From NCBI GenBank assembly GCA_046328375.1, contig JAXLWT010000031.1, forward strand, positions 607-64,606: a DNA stretch of 64,000 bases, written 5' to 3'. Each line of letters starts with the position of its first letter. Position 1 is the first letter of the stretch. Shown here piece after piece: positions 18,519 to 27,218 of the stretch. The position numbers and the translations under genes are program-made. The notes under the pieces were generated by a model. The model did not search any database, was not told the origin of the DNA, and saw only the letters and a program-made list of their open reading frames with translations. This DNA is from Thermomicrobiales bacterium. GTDB taxonomy: Bacteria > Chloroflexota > Chloroflexia > Thermomicrobiales > UBA6265.

Positions 18519-18665
18519 ACCATCCAACTCCAGAGTGAAACGACCCCGAGCACATGCCCCGTCACCTGACGATGGTATCAAGTGATCGGCGCTGCCGAGA
18601 CAAGGTAAGCGGATGATCGGCAGGGATCAGGAGCAATCACGGCGGCGGGGGGTTACACTCTGCCC

Positions 18666-19064
18666 ATGCCGAACGGACCTGTTCCTGCCCAGTATCACGA
18701 TGTCCTGGAAAGCACCGTGCTCGGCCACCTGGCCACCACGGACGAGACAGGCCGGCCCGAGGTCAACCCTGTCTGGTTCATCTGGGACGGCACCCACGTG
18801 CTGGTGAGCGTCAAGGGCGCAACGCGCAAATACCGCAACCTGGTGCGCGACCCGCGCGTCGCCATCTCCTTCCAGGATGAGCACGATCAGGAGCGCTACC
18901 TGGAGGTCCGCGGCGAAGTCATCGAGTTTGTCCCTTACGACACCCTTGACTTCGTCAACGAGTTGGCGCACAAGTACACCGGCGCAGACTTCAAGCACGG
19001 CCATGCTGGACAGGAGCGCTACAAGCTCGTCATCCGCGTGGATAGCTGGACAGCGCAAGGGTAA
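18666..19064 (+). CDS. PPOX-class (pyridoxamine 5'-phosphate oxidase-like) probable F420-dependent enzyme
   Basis: 132 aa. Family strings: VLGHLATTDETGRPEVNPVWFIWDGTHVLVSV...RKYRNLVRDPRVAISF. Confidence 0.85.
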   Translation: MPNGPVPAQYHDVLESTVLGHLATTDETGRPEVNPVWFIWDGTHVLVSVKGATRKYRNLVRDPRVAISFQDEHDQERYLEVRGEVIEFVPYDTLDFVNELAHKYTGADFKHGHAGQERYKLVIRVDSWTAQG

Positions 19065-19300
19065 GCAATCTTTCAGCCGTCACCCTCACCCCTTGATCTC
19101 CGCCGGACCCCAACACGGGGGAGCGGCATCCCTTCTGAAGTGACTCACGTGAACGCACCACTCCACGGGTGGTGCCAGTCATCGCTCCAGACCTGGTCGG
19201 TCCAGGGCGTACACGTCAATCTTGCTCGGTCGCTGGAGGGCGTGCCCTGCTTCCGCTGGCGGAGTTTCGGAAGCCTGGAGTATCGCGGGGTCACATGATC

Positions 19301-19552
19301 TCAACCGGGAAGACGTCGTCGCCCTTCCAGGTACTGACGCATCAGGCCCAGGGCTTCCAGTGCCGTCGCGACCGAGACGGCGAGCCGTCCGTTCACCCAG
19401 ACCTCGAAGGTTGGCGGCATCGGCTCGAAGATGTTGCCCCAGCCCATGTGGGACAGCACGATGGCCCACTCCGACCGGCCCTCGATGCGGTCCTGTACCC
19501 CGATGAAGTCGTCCGCCCTTCGACCCTGCTCGTAGAACTTCACGTCCGGCAT
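19301..19552 (-). CDS. Small hypothetical protein (83 aa)
   Basis: ATG 19552 is preceded by AGGAG at 7 nt. Translation begins MPDVKFYEQGRRADDFIGVQDRIEGRSEWAIVLSHMGWGNIFEPMPPTFEVWVNGRLAV.... I recognise no family. It is divergent from the HTH-STAND gene. Confidence 0.55.
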   Translation of the reverse strand: MPDVKFYEQGRRADDFIGVQDRIEGRSEWAIVLSHMGWGNIFEPMPPTFEVWVNGRLAVSVATALEALGLMRQYLEGRRRLPG

Positions 19553-19913
19553 CAACGTGCTCCTGTGCCGCTATCCCGCAAGCCGCTCCCAGCGGCCCAA
19601 CATCCACTCACCGGGACCGCCACGCATCAGGCCCCACACAATCTCGTCAGCGTTGGCAAGGCCATTCCCGACCGCGTCCCAGGCAATCGCCGCAACCCGT
19701 TCGCCGTCGCACACACGAGAACAACCTCCCGGTGACGGTCAACGAGGAAGGCGGAACATCTTCGCGTGCGAACGTGGAATGACCCAGCATCATCCTATTG
19801 AGGGCGGCATCCCCGTCAAATAAGCTGCTTATGCGTTACGCTTGATGTCGTCCATCTCATTGATTGGACTGAAAAGTGGCATCTTCTCGCAGGAGAATGG
19901 TGGAGGAAGGCGT

Positions 19914-22436
19914 ATGGCTGCGTCAGCCGCGCACGATGAGCCGGACACGCTGGGGCAGCGAGTCCGGCGCCTTCGCCTTGCCAATGGGCTGACCCAGGGC
20001 CAACTTGCCGCGCGCATGCGCATCACACAGGTCAGAGTTTCCCAGATCGAGGGCGGGGAGGACGCTCGCCCACTGCGGCTGCGCACGCTCTGCGACCTGG
20101 CCGATGGGTTGGGCGTTGACCTTGACGCGCTCATCGCTGGCGACCCGCTCTACGAGCACATCGACATCGATGATGTCGCGTCGCTGCCTCCGACCCAGAC
20201 CGCACTGCGCGCCGTTTCACCCCTGATCGATCGTGCTGCCGAACTCGGCGCGGTCCGCGCGCACTTGCGTGACGGGGGGACGCGCCTGCTGACCCTCGTG
20301 GGACCGGCGGGCGTCGGCAAGACACAACTCGCCCTCCACGCCGTGGCAGCGCTCCAGGCTGACCACCTCGAGCAACATGTCGTCTCGCTCGCCACGTGTC
20401 GCGATGCCGCCAGCCTTGTCACGGCGATCGCCCGCGCAATTGGTCTCCGCGAGCGGGACGCGCGGCCTCTGCGGGAGCGTCTCATGACGGCCCTCCATGA
20501 TCGGCGCTTGCTCCTCCTGCTCGATAACGTCGAGCAGGCGCTACCGGCGACGGCGGAGTTAGTGGCGGAGTTGGTCGCACTCTGTCCGCGGCTGACCTTG
20601 CTTGTCACCAGCCGGGCGCCGCTCAGGATTCAGGCTGAACAGGTCGTCACGGTCCACCCCTTACGGCTCCCCGACGCCGGCAGCCCGGTCACGCTCGCCA
20701 CTGCCACCAATGCATCGGCAGTCCAGATGTTTGTTCATCGCGCACGCTCCGCCGTGCCAGGGTTTGCCGTGACCGAAGCGAATGCGGCGCAGATCACCGC
20801 CATCTGCCGGCGCCTGGATGGCTTACCGCTTGCGATCGAGTTAGCTGCTCCCCGCACGCGGGTGATGACCCTCGACCAACTCCTGCGGCAAATCGACCAC
20901 CGGCTTGCCTTGCTCACGGCCGGAGCGCGCGACCTCCCTCTGCGCCAGCAATCGCTGCGCGCCAGCATCGCCTGGAGCATTGACCTTCTCTCATCCGATC
21001 AGCAGGCGCTCTTCCGGCGCCTGTCTGTTTTCGCCGATGGCTTCACGCTGGATGCGGCAATCGCCGTAATTGCTGACGCTGCCACTCAGCAACCAACAGA
21101 GCGAACCTGGTCAGCCGCTGAGGTGGCAAACGGCATAGCGCTGCTGATTGAGCAGAATGTGTTGACACGACAGGAGCAAACGCACGCCCACCCGCGATTC
21201 CGCATGCTGGAGACGATCCACGAGTACGCGCGTGAGCAACTGGCGGCGGCAGGCGAAGAGATACCGTTGCGTGAGCGCCATCTCAGGTGGATATCCAGCC
21301 TGGCCGAGCGCGCTGACGCGGAGCTCTGCGGCTTCGAGCAAGACGCATGGCTCTACCGGCTCGATGCCGAGTGGGAGAATGCGCGCACCGCACTGAACTG
21401 GGCCATGGCGAGCGAGAACGCGCTGGGCGCACTCCACCTTGCCGTGGCCCTGACAGACTTCTGGTATCTGCGCGGGATGTTGAGCGAGGGTGCAGAGTTC
21501 CTGGAGCGAACCCTGGACCTCATGCCAGGCGCGCCAGCGGACCACGATCTGGTCCGCGCCCAGGTGCGTGCCCTGTCAGCAGCCAGCCAGATTGCCCAAC
21601 CACGCGGTGATCTGGCTGGCGCTGGCGTCTTCGCCGAAGAGTCGCTCCTCCTCGCCAGGGCCATCGGCGATCGCCAGGGAGAAGCACAGGCGCTTGCGCT
21701 GCTCGGCAACCACGCCCTCACCCGAGGGCACCTGGCGACCGCAGCCACGCGACACCGCGCGGCCCTGCTCCACTTTCGCGAACTGGGCGGCAATCATCGC
21801 TGGGTCATTGCGGGCCTCAACAACCTCAGCCAGATTGCCTACGAACAAGGCAGCCATCAGGAAGCCCTGGCCCTGGCCAGCGAGGCCCTGGCCCTGGCCA
21901 TGAGTGCGGGCGATGCCTGGGGCCTCGCATTGGCGCACCAGCGCCTCGGCGATGCGGCACTCGCCCTCGGGCAGAATGGGCAGGCAGCACATCATTTTGT
22001 GTGGAGCCTCGTCCAGAACCGCAGCCAGCAGTCGGAATGGGGAATTGCCAATGCCGTTGCCGCGTGCGGAAGCCTGGCGACAGCGGCAGGCGAGCCAGAG
22101 CGAGGTGTTCGCCTGTTCGCGGCTGCGTCCTCGCTCTACCAGTCAATGGGTGTCAGCATTCCCCCAAAGTTGCGTCCCGACTGGACCCGGATGCTGGACC
22201 GCGCGCGTGCCTCAACCGGCAGCGTGACGTCTGCTCGTGCCTGGTCGGAAGGATCGCAACTCACGGCTGAGGAGGCGGTTACCGAAGCGCTCACGATTGC
22301 GGTGCAGATCACCCTGGAGGACGCAACCTCTCCAGAGTTACCAGGGGTGTTACGAATGTCGCATCGCCCGCACGCGAACAGACGAGTACGGAAAGCTCGT
22401 AGCGGACCTCAAAGGGATGGTCTCAAGGGGGCGTAA
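19914..22436 (+). CDS. XRE-type HTH plus NB-ARC/AAA (STAND) ATPase plus TPR regulator
   Basis: ATG 19914 follows GGAGGAAGG. The HTH reads LGQRVRRLRLANGLTQGQLAARMRITQVRVSQIEGG. The P-loop is VGPAGVGKTQLA. Walker B is LLLLDNVEQ. Also present are [12 protein letters not shown] and TPR-like repeats. Confidence 0.85.
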   Translation: MAASAAHDEPDTLGQRVRRLRLANGLTQGQLAARMRITQVRVSQIEGGEDARPLRLRTLCDLADGLGVDLDALIAGDPLYEHIDIDDVASLPPTQTALRAVSPLIDRAAELGAVRAHLRDGGTRLLTLVGPAGVGKTQLALHAVAALQADHLEQHVVSLATCRDAASLVTAIARAIGLRERDARPLRERLMTALHDRRLLLLLDNVEQALPATAELVAELVALCPRLTLLVTSRAPLRIQAEQVVTVHPLRLPDAGSPVTLATATNASAVQMFVHRARSAVPGFAVTEANAAQITAICRRLDGLPLAIELAAPRTRVMTLDQLLRQIDHRLALLTAGARDLPLRQQSLRASIAWSIDLLSSDQQALFRRLSVFADGFTLDAAIAVIADAATQQPTERTWSAAEVANGIALLIEQNVLTRQEQTHAHPRFRMLETIHEYAREQLAAAGEEIPLRERHLRWISSLAERADAELCGFEQDAWLYRLDAEWENARTALNWAMASENALGALHLAVALTDFWYLRGMLSEGAEFLERTLDLMPGAPADHDLVRAQVRALSAASQIAQPRGDLAGAGVFAEESLLLARAIGDRQGEAQALALLGNHALTRGHLATAATRHRAALLHFRELGGNHRWVIAGLNNLSQIAYEQGSHQEALALASEALALAMSAGDAWGLALAHQRLGDAALALGQNGQAAHHFVWSLVQNRSQQSEWGIANAVAACGSLATAAGEPERGVRLFAAASSLYQSMGVSIPPKLRPDWTRMLDRARASTGSVTSARAWSEGSQLTAEEAVTEALTIAVQITLEDATSPELPGVLRMSHRPHANRRVRKARSGPQRDGLKGA

Positions 22437-22520
22437 AGATGCCACGGGTATTCCCGACACCAGGCCCGGTTGCGGTCACCAGGCCAGGACGCTGTGGGGC
22501 CATCGACATCATTAACTGGG

Positions 22521-24098
22521 ATGTCGCATGGCGACGCGAGCTGGCGCAGCAATTTGGTTAGCTCCCGGACATACCATACCCTCGCCACGCTGACCGAGAA
22601 ACTGCCAGTCAGCGCGATACACGGCGATGCCGCCACTGCCATCACTGGCATCACCTGCAGCACCGAGCTTGGCGACGTACAGGCAAGTTCACTCTTTGCG
22701 CCCCTGGATTTGTCATCGCCTCGCACAGCGGCGCTGGCGGCCAAAGCGGTCAGCCGGGGCGCAGCAGCACTTCTCCTTGAGCAAGCGCTGGACATCCCGG
22801 TTCCGCAACTCATTGTCCCGGATGCCCGCTCGGCATTAGCCGTGGTAGCAGCCACCTTCTATTCCCACCCCGCAAACGAGATCACCTGCATTGGCATCAC
22901 CGGCACCGCCGGCAAAACCACGACAACCCTTCTCACGTACGAGATCCTGCGCGCGAGCGGGCTTCGTCCGGGGCTGATCGGTACGCTGGACTGGCGTATT
23001 GGCGACTTCTGGAACCGGCACCGGACGGGTCGCACGACGCCGGAGGCTCCAGACGTGCAGCGCATGTTGCGAGACATGGTTGACGTAGGCGACCAGACGG
23101 CAATCCTGGAAGCCAGTTCCCAGGGACTGGAGCAGCACCGGCTCGATACCGTGCCCTTCAGTATCGGCGCGATGACGCATGTGACCCGGGATCACCTGGA
23201 TTTTCACGGCAGTCTGGGCGCGTATCGCCGCGCCAAGGCGCGCCTCTTTGAACGCCTTGACGGCGTATCCGGCACGGCGGTGCTGAACGCTGATGATCCC
23301 GCCTCACGCCGCATGGCCGAGTACTCGACGGCGGCCCGCATCCTCACCTATAGCGCCGCTGGCCAGGGCGCCGATGTGCGCGCCACGGATATCCGCCCCG
23401 AGAACGAGCACACACGATTCCGGCTTTCACTTGCTGGGTCATCAACGACGATCCAGTTGCCCCTGCCTGGGGCGTTCAACGTGGCGAACGCGCTCTGCGC
23501 TGCCGCTATCGCCCACGCTGCCGAGGTGCCACTGGCCAACATCGCTGCGGGGCTGGCGCAGAGCGCTCCGATTCCGGGGCTCCTGACCACGGTCGAGGCC
23601 GGCCAACCATTCCTCGTCATCATTGATGAGGCCAAGTCTGCCATGGCCCTCGTTCATGCACTGGAAGTCGCCCGACAACGAACGCAACAGGGGCGCATCA
23701 TCGTGGTGGTCAGTGCCTCGGAGCTGGTACGGCCCGACCTGTTGCGGCAAAGAGGGGAAGTTGCCGAACTGGCCGCCGACTACGCGGTGTTCACCACCGC
23801 CCGTGCTCGCTTGGTCGATCCTGCATCGATCGTCGAACACCTTGCAGACGGAGCACGCGCCGCCGGAGGGATCGACGGTGTAACGTACGCCTGTGAACCA
23901 GATCGCCGCAGCGCCATGATCCACGCCCTGGCGCTGGCTCGGCCTGGGGACTGCGTTCTCATCACTGGCAAAGGGATCGAGAGCACCCTCGAGGTGGGAA
24001 GCCTGGTGATTCCATGGGATGACGTCGCCATCGCCCGGCAGATCCTGGCCGAGATGGAGTATCCGCTCGAACCTGGCCGGGGCGAACATCTTGGCTAA
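22521..24098 (+). CDS. Mur ligase family protein. It is MurE-like, with an intact central ATPase domain but atypical N- and C-terminal domains.
   Basis: The central domain retains GITGTAGKTTTT, LEASSQGL, THVTRDHLDFHG and RRAKARLF. The C-terminal domain lacks the canonical MurE strings (see findings). The start is uncertain: ATG 22521 has no good SD, and the track ORF begins at 22470. Confidence 0.8.
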   Translation: MSHGDASWRSNLVSSRTYHTLATLTEKLPVSAIHGDAATAITGITCSTELGDVQASSLFAPLDLSSPRTAALAAKAVSRGAAALLLEQALDIPVPQLIVPDARSALAVVAATFYSHPANEITCIGITGTAGKTTTTLLTYEILRASGLRPGLIGTLDWRIGDFWNRHRTGRTTPEAPDVQRMLRDMVDVGDQTAILEASSQGLEQHRLDTVPFSIGAMTHVTRDHLDFHGSLGAYRRAKARLFERLDGVSGTAVLNADDPASRRMAEYSTAARILTYSAAGQGADVRATDIRPENEHTRFRLSLAGSSTTIQLPLPGAFNVANALCAAAIAHAAEVPLANIAAGLAQSAPIPGLLTTVEAGQPFLVIIDEAKSAMALVHALEVARQRTQQGRIIVVVSASELVRPDLLRQRGEVAELAADYAVFTTARARLVDPASIVEHLADGARAAGGIDGVTYACEPDRRSAMIHALALARPGDCVLITGKGIESTLEVGSLVIPWDDVAIARQILAEMEYPLEPGRGEHLG

Positions 24099-25800
24099 TC
24101 CCCTGCTCGTCTGCCTGTTGCCCGTGCGGAATGGCGAGGCTGATCTGCCAGGGTACCTCGACTCGGTGGCGGTGTTCGGGGACGCCGTCGTCGCGCTTGA
24201 TGACGGTAGCACCGACCGCACCAACGAGATGTTACGGGCTCACCCGCTGGTCAGGATCGTCCTGGAGAATCCACCACGTCCCGACTACGTGGGGTGGGAC
24301 GATGCGGCGAACCGCAACCGGCTGCTGGACGCCGCGGGTGAATTGGCCCCGGCCTGGATCTTGTCGCTGGACGCCGATGAGCGAATCCCGGCGGATGATG
24401 GCAATGCCCTGCGCGCATTTCTCGAAACTGACGCCTTGCCGGGCCTCGGCTATGGATTCCGGGTCTACCGCATGTGGGACGATCTGGAGCGCTATGATCG
24501 CGCGGGCCTGTGGGTGTTCCGCCTCTTTGCCTGGCAGCGTGGGCAACGATTCCCGGATCAGCGCCTCCATTTCGTCCCGCTTCCCACCGATCTGCCGCGT
24601 TCCCGCTGGGTCCGCACCTCGATTCGCATCCAGCACCTGGGTGGGCTGACACCAGCGCGCCGCCAGGACCGCTTCGAGAAGTACCGCCAGGCCGACCCGC
24701 AGAACGAGTTTCAGCACTCGTACCGGGACCTCCTGGAACCCGCGCTCGACGTGCATCCCTGGGAGCCCCGGGCGGCGGATTTACCCATTCTGGATGTGTC
24801 GCCGGAGGCGGTCGAAGCCAGCCTGGACGACGCGGAGCAACCTGAGCTTGACGCGATCACCGATCATCCGGTGCTCTCTGCGGTAATCATCTCCCGCGAT
24901 GATGGTCCTCGCTTGCTGCGCACAGTGCGATCAGTCGTGGAGCAGGAGTCTCCCTGGCCCTTCGAGGTCATCGTGGTGGTCAGCGGCGCTGGCAATGGAG
25001 CGGCACTGGTGCGGGAGCATTTCCCACTGGTCACGGTGGTGGACCTGCCGGGCCCGGCACTCCCGGGTGAGGCGCGCAACGCCGGCTTGCGGGTTGCGCG
25101 TGGCGACTTCGTCTCGTTTCCCGGGTCGCACGTGATCTTGCCGCAGGGCAGCCTGGCGGCGCGGATGCGGGCGCACGACCTCGGCTACGCGATGGTAACT
25201 GGCACCACACTGAATGGCACGCGCACCCCGGCAGGCTGGGCCTCCTACTTCCTCGACCACTCGACGGTGCTGCCAGGACGTCCCTCCGAGGAGTTGCGGA
25301 GTGCGCCGGCGCACTGCTCATACCGCCGCCGCGCGCTGGAGGCGATTGGCGGGTTCCCGGAACACCTGCGCGCCGGCGAAGACACCGTCGTCAACCAGGC
25401 GCTGTCCAAGCGTGGCCACCGGGCATACCGGGCTCAGGATGTCGTCCTGGTCCACCGCAGTCCCTGCCGGACCGTCAAGAAGCTGGTTTCCCATCACTTC
25501 ACTCGCGGCCGCGGCTACGGCCGCATCCTGCGCGAACGTGATGGCATGACCCGACGCGACCTCGTGCGGGCACGTGGACGCCGGCTGCTACGGCAGCAAA
25601 CCGCGGGACGCATGAAAGCAACGACGCAGCAGGTCCGTGCCTGGGGCGGCCTTCACCTGGCCGCTCGATACTTCGTAGTCTTCCCGCTCGTCGTGTTGGG
25701 CTGCCTGTCCTGGACCGCTGGAACCTGGTTCGAGCTAGCTGTCAGTGACACGCCAACCGGAAGCCCGGGAAAAGACTCAAGACCGTCTCTCAGTCTGTGA
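24091..25800 (+). CDS. Two-domain family-2 glycosyltransferase with a C-terminal TM segment
   Basis: Domain 1 reads LLPVRNGEADLPGYL...ALDDGSTDRT...LSLDADE. Domain 2 reads LSAVIISRDDGPRLLRTVRSVVEQ...GEARNAGL. The TM segment is FVVFPLVVLGCLSW. TTG 24091 overlaps the upstream stop by 8 nt. ATG 24019 would overlap by 80 nt. Confidence 0.8.
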   Translation: MANPLLVCLLPVRNGEADLPGYLDSVAVFGDAVVALDDGSTDRTNEMLRAHPLVRIVLENPPRPDYVGWDDAANRNRLLDAAGELAPAWILSLDADERIPADDGNALRAFLETDALPGLGYGFRVYRMWDDLERYDRAGLWVFRLFAWQRGQRFPDQRLHFVPLPTDLPRSRWVRTSIRIQHLGGLTPARRQDRFEKYRQADPQNEFQHSYRDLLEPALDVHPWEPRAADLPILDVSPEAVEASLDDAEQPELDAITDHPVLSAVIISRDDGPRLLRTVRSVVEQESPWPFEVIVVVSGAGNGAALVREHFPLVTVVDLPGPALPGEARNAGLRVARGDFVSFPGSHVILPQGSLAARMRAHDLGYAMVTGTTLNGTRTPAGWASYFLDHSTVLPGRPSEELRSAPAHCSYRRRALEAIGGFPEHLRAGEDTVVNQALSKRGHRAYRAQDVVLVHRSPCRTVKKLVSHHFTRGRGYGRILRERDGMTRRDLVRARGRRLLRQQTAGRMKATTQQVRAWGGLHLAARYFVVFPLVVLGCLSWTAGTWFELAVSDTPTGSPGKDSRPSLSL

Positions 25801-25812
25801 GTTCCGAACCGA

Positions 25813-25839
25813 ACCGGCAGGCTATCGCGCCCTGCCGGT
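25813..25839. terminator. Hairpin between convergent stops
   Basis: ACCGGCAGG, a 9-nt loop, then CCTGCCGGT. It lies between stop 25800 (+) and stop 25850 (-). Confidence 0.5.
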
Positions 25840-25849
25840 CTGCTCGTGC

Positions 25850-26152
25850 CTAGTGCTTCCCTTTGTGCTTCTTCCGTCGACGCTTTTTGCGCTTGCCATC
25901 CGTCGTGCTGCCGCCGGGAGCACTGGGGGGTTTGGGAGGGCTGCAATACAGTTCATAGAGTTCTGGCGGCAAGTTCGGCTGGCATTGATCACCGCTGCCG
26001 CTGCCACCGTCACCGGCAGCCACCGGCTGCAGCGCCACCGCGTATGACGCCGCCACCCCTCCGGACACGCCCAGTGCCATCAGCCCCTGGACGAACGTGC
26101 GGCGATTGATCTTGTTGGCGATATACGCATCGATGAGTTCGTGCTGGGACAA
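25850..26152 (-). CDS. Small Tat-signal protein with a C-terminal polybasic tail (family member P4, permuted architecture)
   Basis: I preferred TTG 26152 because GAGGAGA lies 5 nt upstream. This gives (L)SQHELIDAYIANKINRRTFVQGLMALGVSGGVAASYAVA...CQPNLPPELYELYC...DGKRKKRRRKKHKGKH. The track start, GTG 26203, has no SD. Confidence 0.65.
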   Translation of the reverse strand: MSQHELIDAYIANKINRRTFVQGLMALGVSGGVAASYAVALQPVAAGDGGSGSGDQCQPNLPPELYELYCSPPKPPSAPGGSTTDGKRKKRRRKKHKGKH

Positions 26153-26424
26153 TTGCGTCTCCTCGCCTGAAAGCAACGAGGTCCACTGTAGCGGATTTGC
26201 CACAAAAAGCTAGTCCCGGCGGAATGTCCGCGCTCGCATGCCCCTAACGGGCAATCACACCACGCTACAGCGCGCAGCCATGGCCTCACGGGAAGGTTCA
26301 CCGGTGTGTCGCCAGTGCGCAAGACACATCGCGGCTCGTACAATCCGGGAGCGCGCTGTGGCATTCGCCCGCCCGCCGCCGCTCTCCTGCCCGGCCAACG
26401 ACTCATCCGTAGGCTGCATACCGC

Positions 26425-27198
26425 ATGCGCATCTACAGCTGGAACGTGAACGGGGTGCGCGCAGCCATGCGCAAGGGCCTGGACACCTTCCTGGCCGAAA
26501 CGCAACCGGACATCCTCTGCCTGCAGGAAACTCGCCTCGACGCGGCGCATGTGCCAGAAGACCTGCGTGCCGTCCACGGCTATCACACCTCCTGGTCGCC
26601 CCTGCGCCGGGCTGGTTACGGCGGCGTAGCCACCTTCAGCCGGCAAGCACCGGTCGCCTGGCAGGTAGGGATGGGCGTTCCCGGCTTCGACGATGAAGAC
26701 CGGGTGCTGATTACCGAGTACCCGGCGTTTACGCTCTACAACGTCTATTTCCCGAACGGGAAATCGAGCCCGGGGCGCCTCGCCTACAAACTGGCTTTCA
26801 ACGAGGCCTTCCAGCATCACGTTGATGCCAGCGTGCAGGATGGTCGCTGCCTCATCGTGTGTGGCGATGTCAACACCGCCCACCAGGATCTGGATATCGC
26901 GCATCCGCAGCAGCACCGGCAGGAGTCGGGTTTCCTGCCCGAGGAACGAGCCTGGCTGGACCGCTTCATGGCCGGCGGCTGGGTCGACACCTTTCGCCAT
27001 TTTCACCCTGATCAGGCGGCCGCCTACACCTGGTGGGATCCGCGCTCGCGCGCCCGGGGCCGCAACGTCGGCTGGCGCATTGACTACGGTTTTGTCCAGG
27101 CAGGGTGCCTGGGCCAGGTGGTTGACGCTGGCATCTCGCCCGAGGTACCGGGATCTGACCACTGCCCCATCTGGCTCGACCTGCGGTGCACCACCTGA
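26425..27198 (+). CDS. xth: Exodeoxyribonuclease III (AP endonuclease, EEP family)
   Basis: Diagnostic strings: MRIYSWNVNGVRA...PDILCLQETR...NVYFPNG...GDVNTAH...WWDPRSRARGRNVGWRIDY...GSDHCPIWLDL. Confidence 0.9.
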   Translation: MRIYSWNVNGVRAAMRKGLDTFLAETQPDILCLQETRLDAAHVPEDLRAVHGYHTSWSPLRRAGYGGVATFSRQAPVAWQVGMGVPGFDDEDRVLITEYPAFTLYNVYFPNGKSSPGRLAYKLAFNEAFQHHVDASVQDGRCLIVCGDVNTAHQDLDIAHPQQHRQESGFLPEERAWLDRFMAGGWVDTFRHFHPDQAAAYTWWDPRSRARGRNVGWRIDYGFVQAGCLGQVVDAGISPEVPGSDHCPIWLDLRCTT

Positions 27199-27218
27199 CG
27201 ACGCTGGGAGTGGCAACG

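Noticed and set aside
24019-24098. ATG 24019 as the start of the GT2 gene, as in the ORF track.
   Set aside because: It would overlap the Mur-ligase gene by 80 nt and add 24 residues of shadow-like sequence. The GT2 fold begins right after TTG 24091, which overlaps the upstream stop by only 8 nt.
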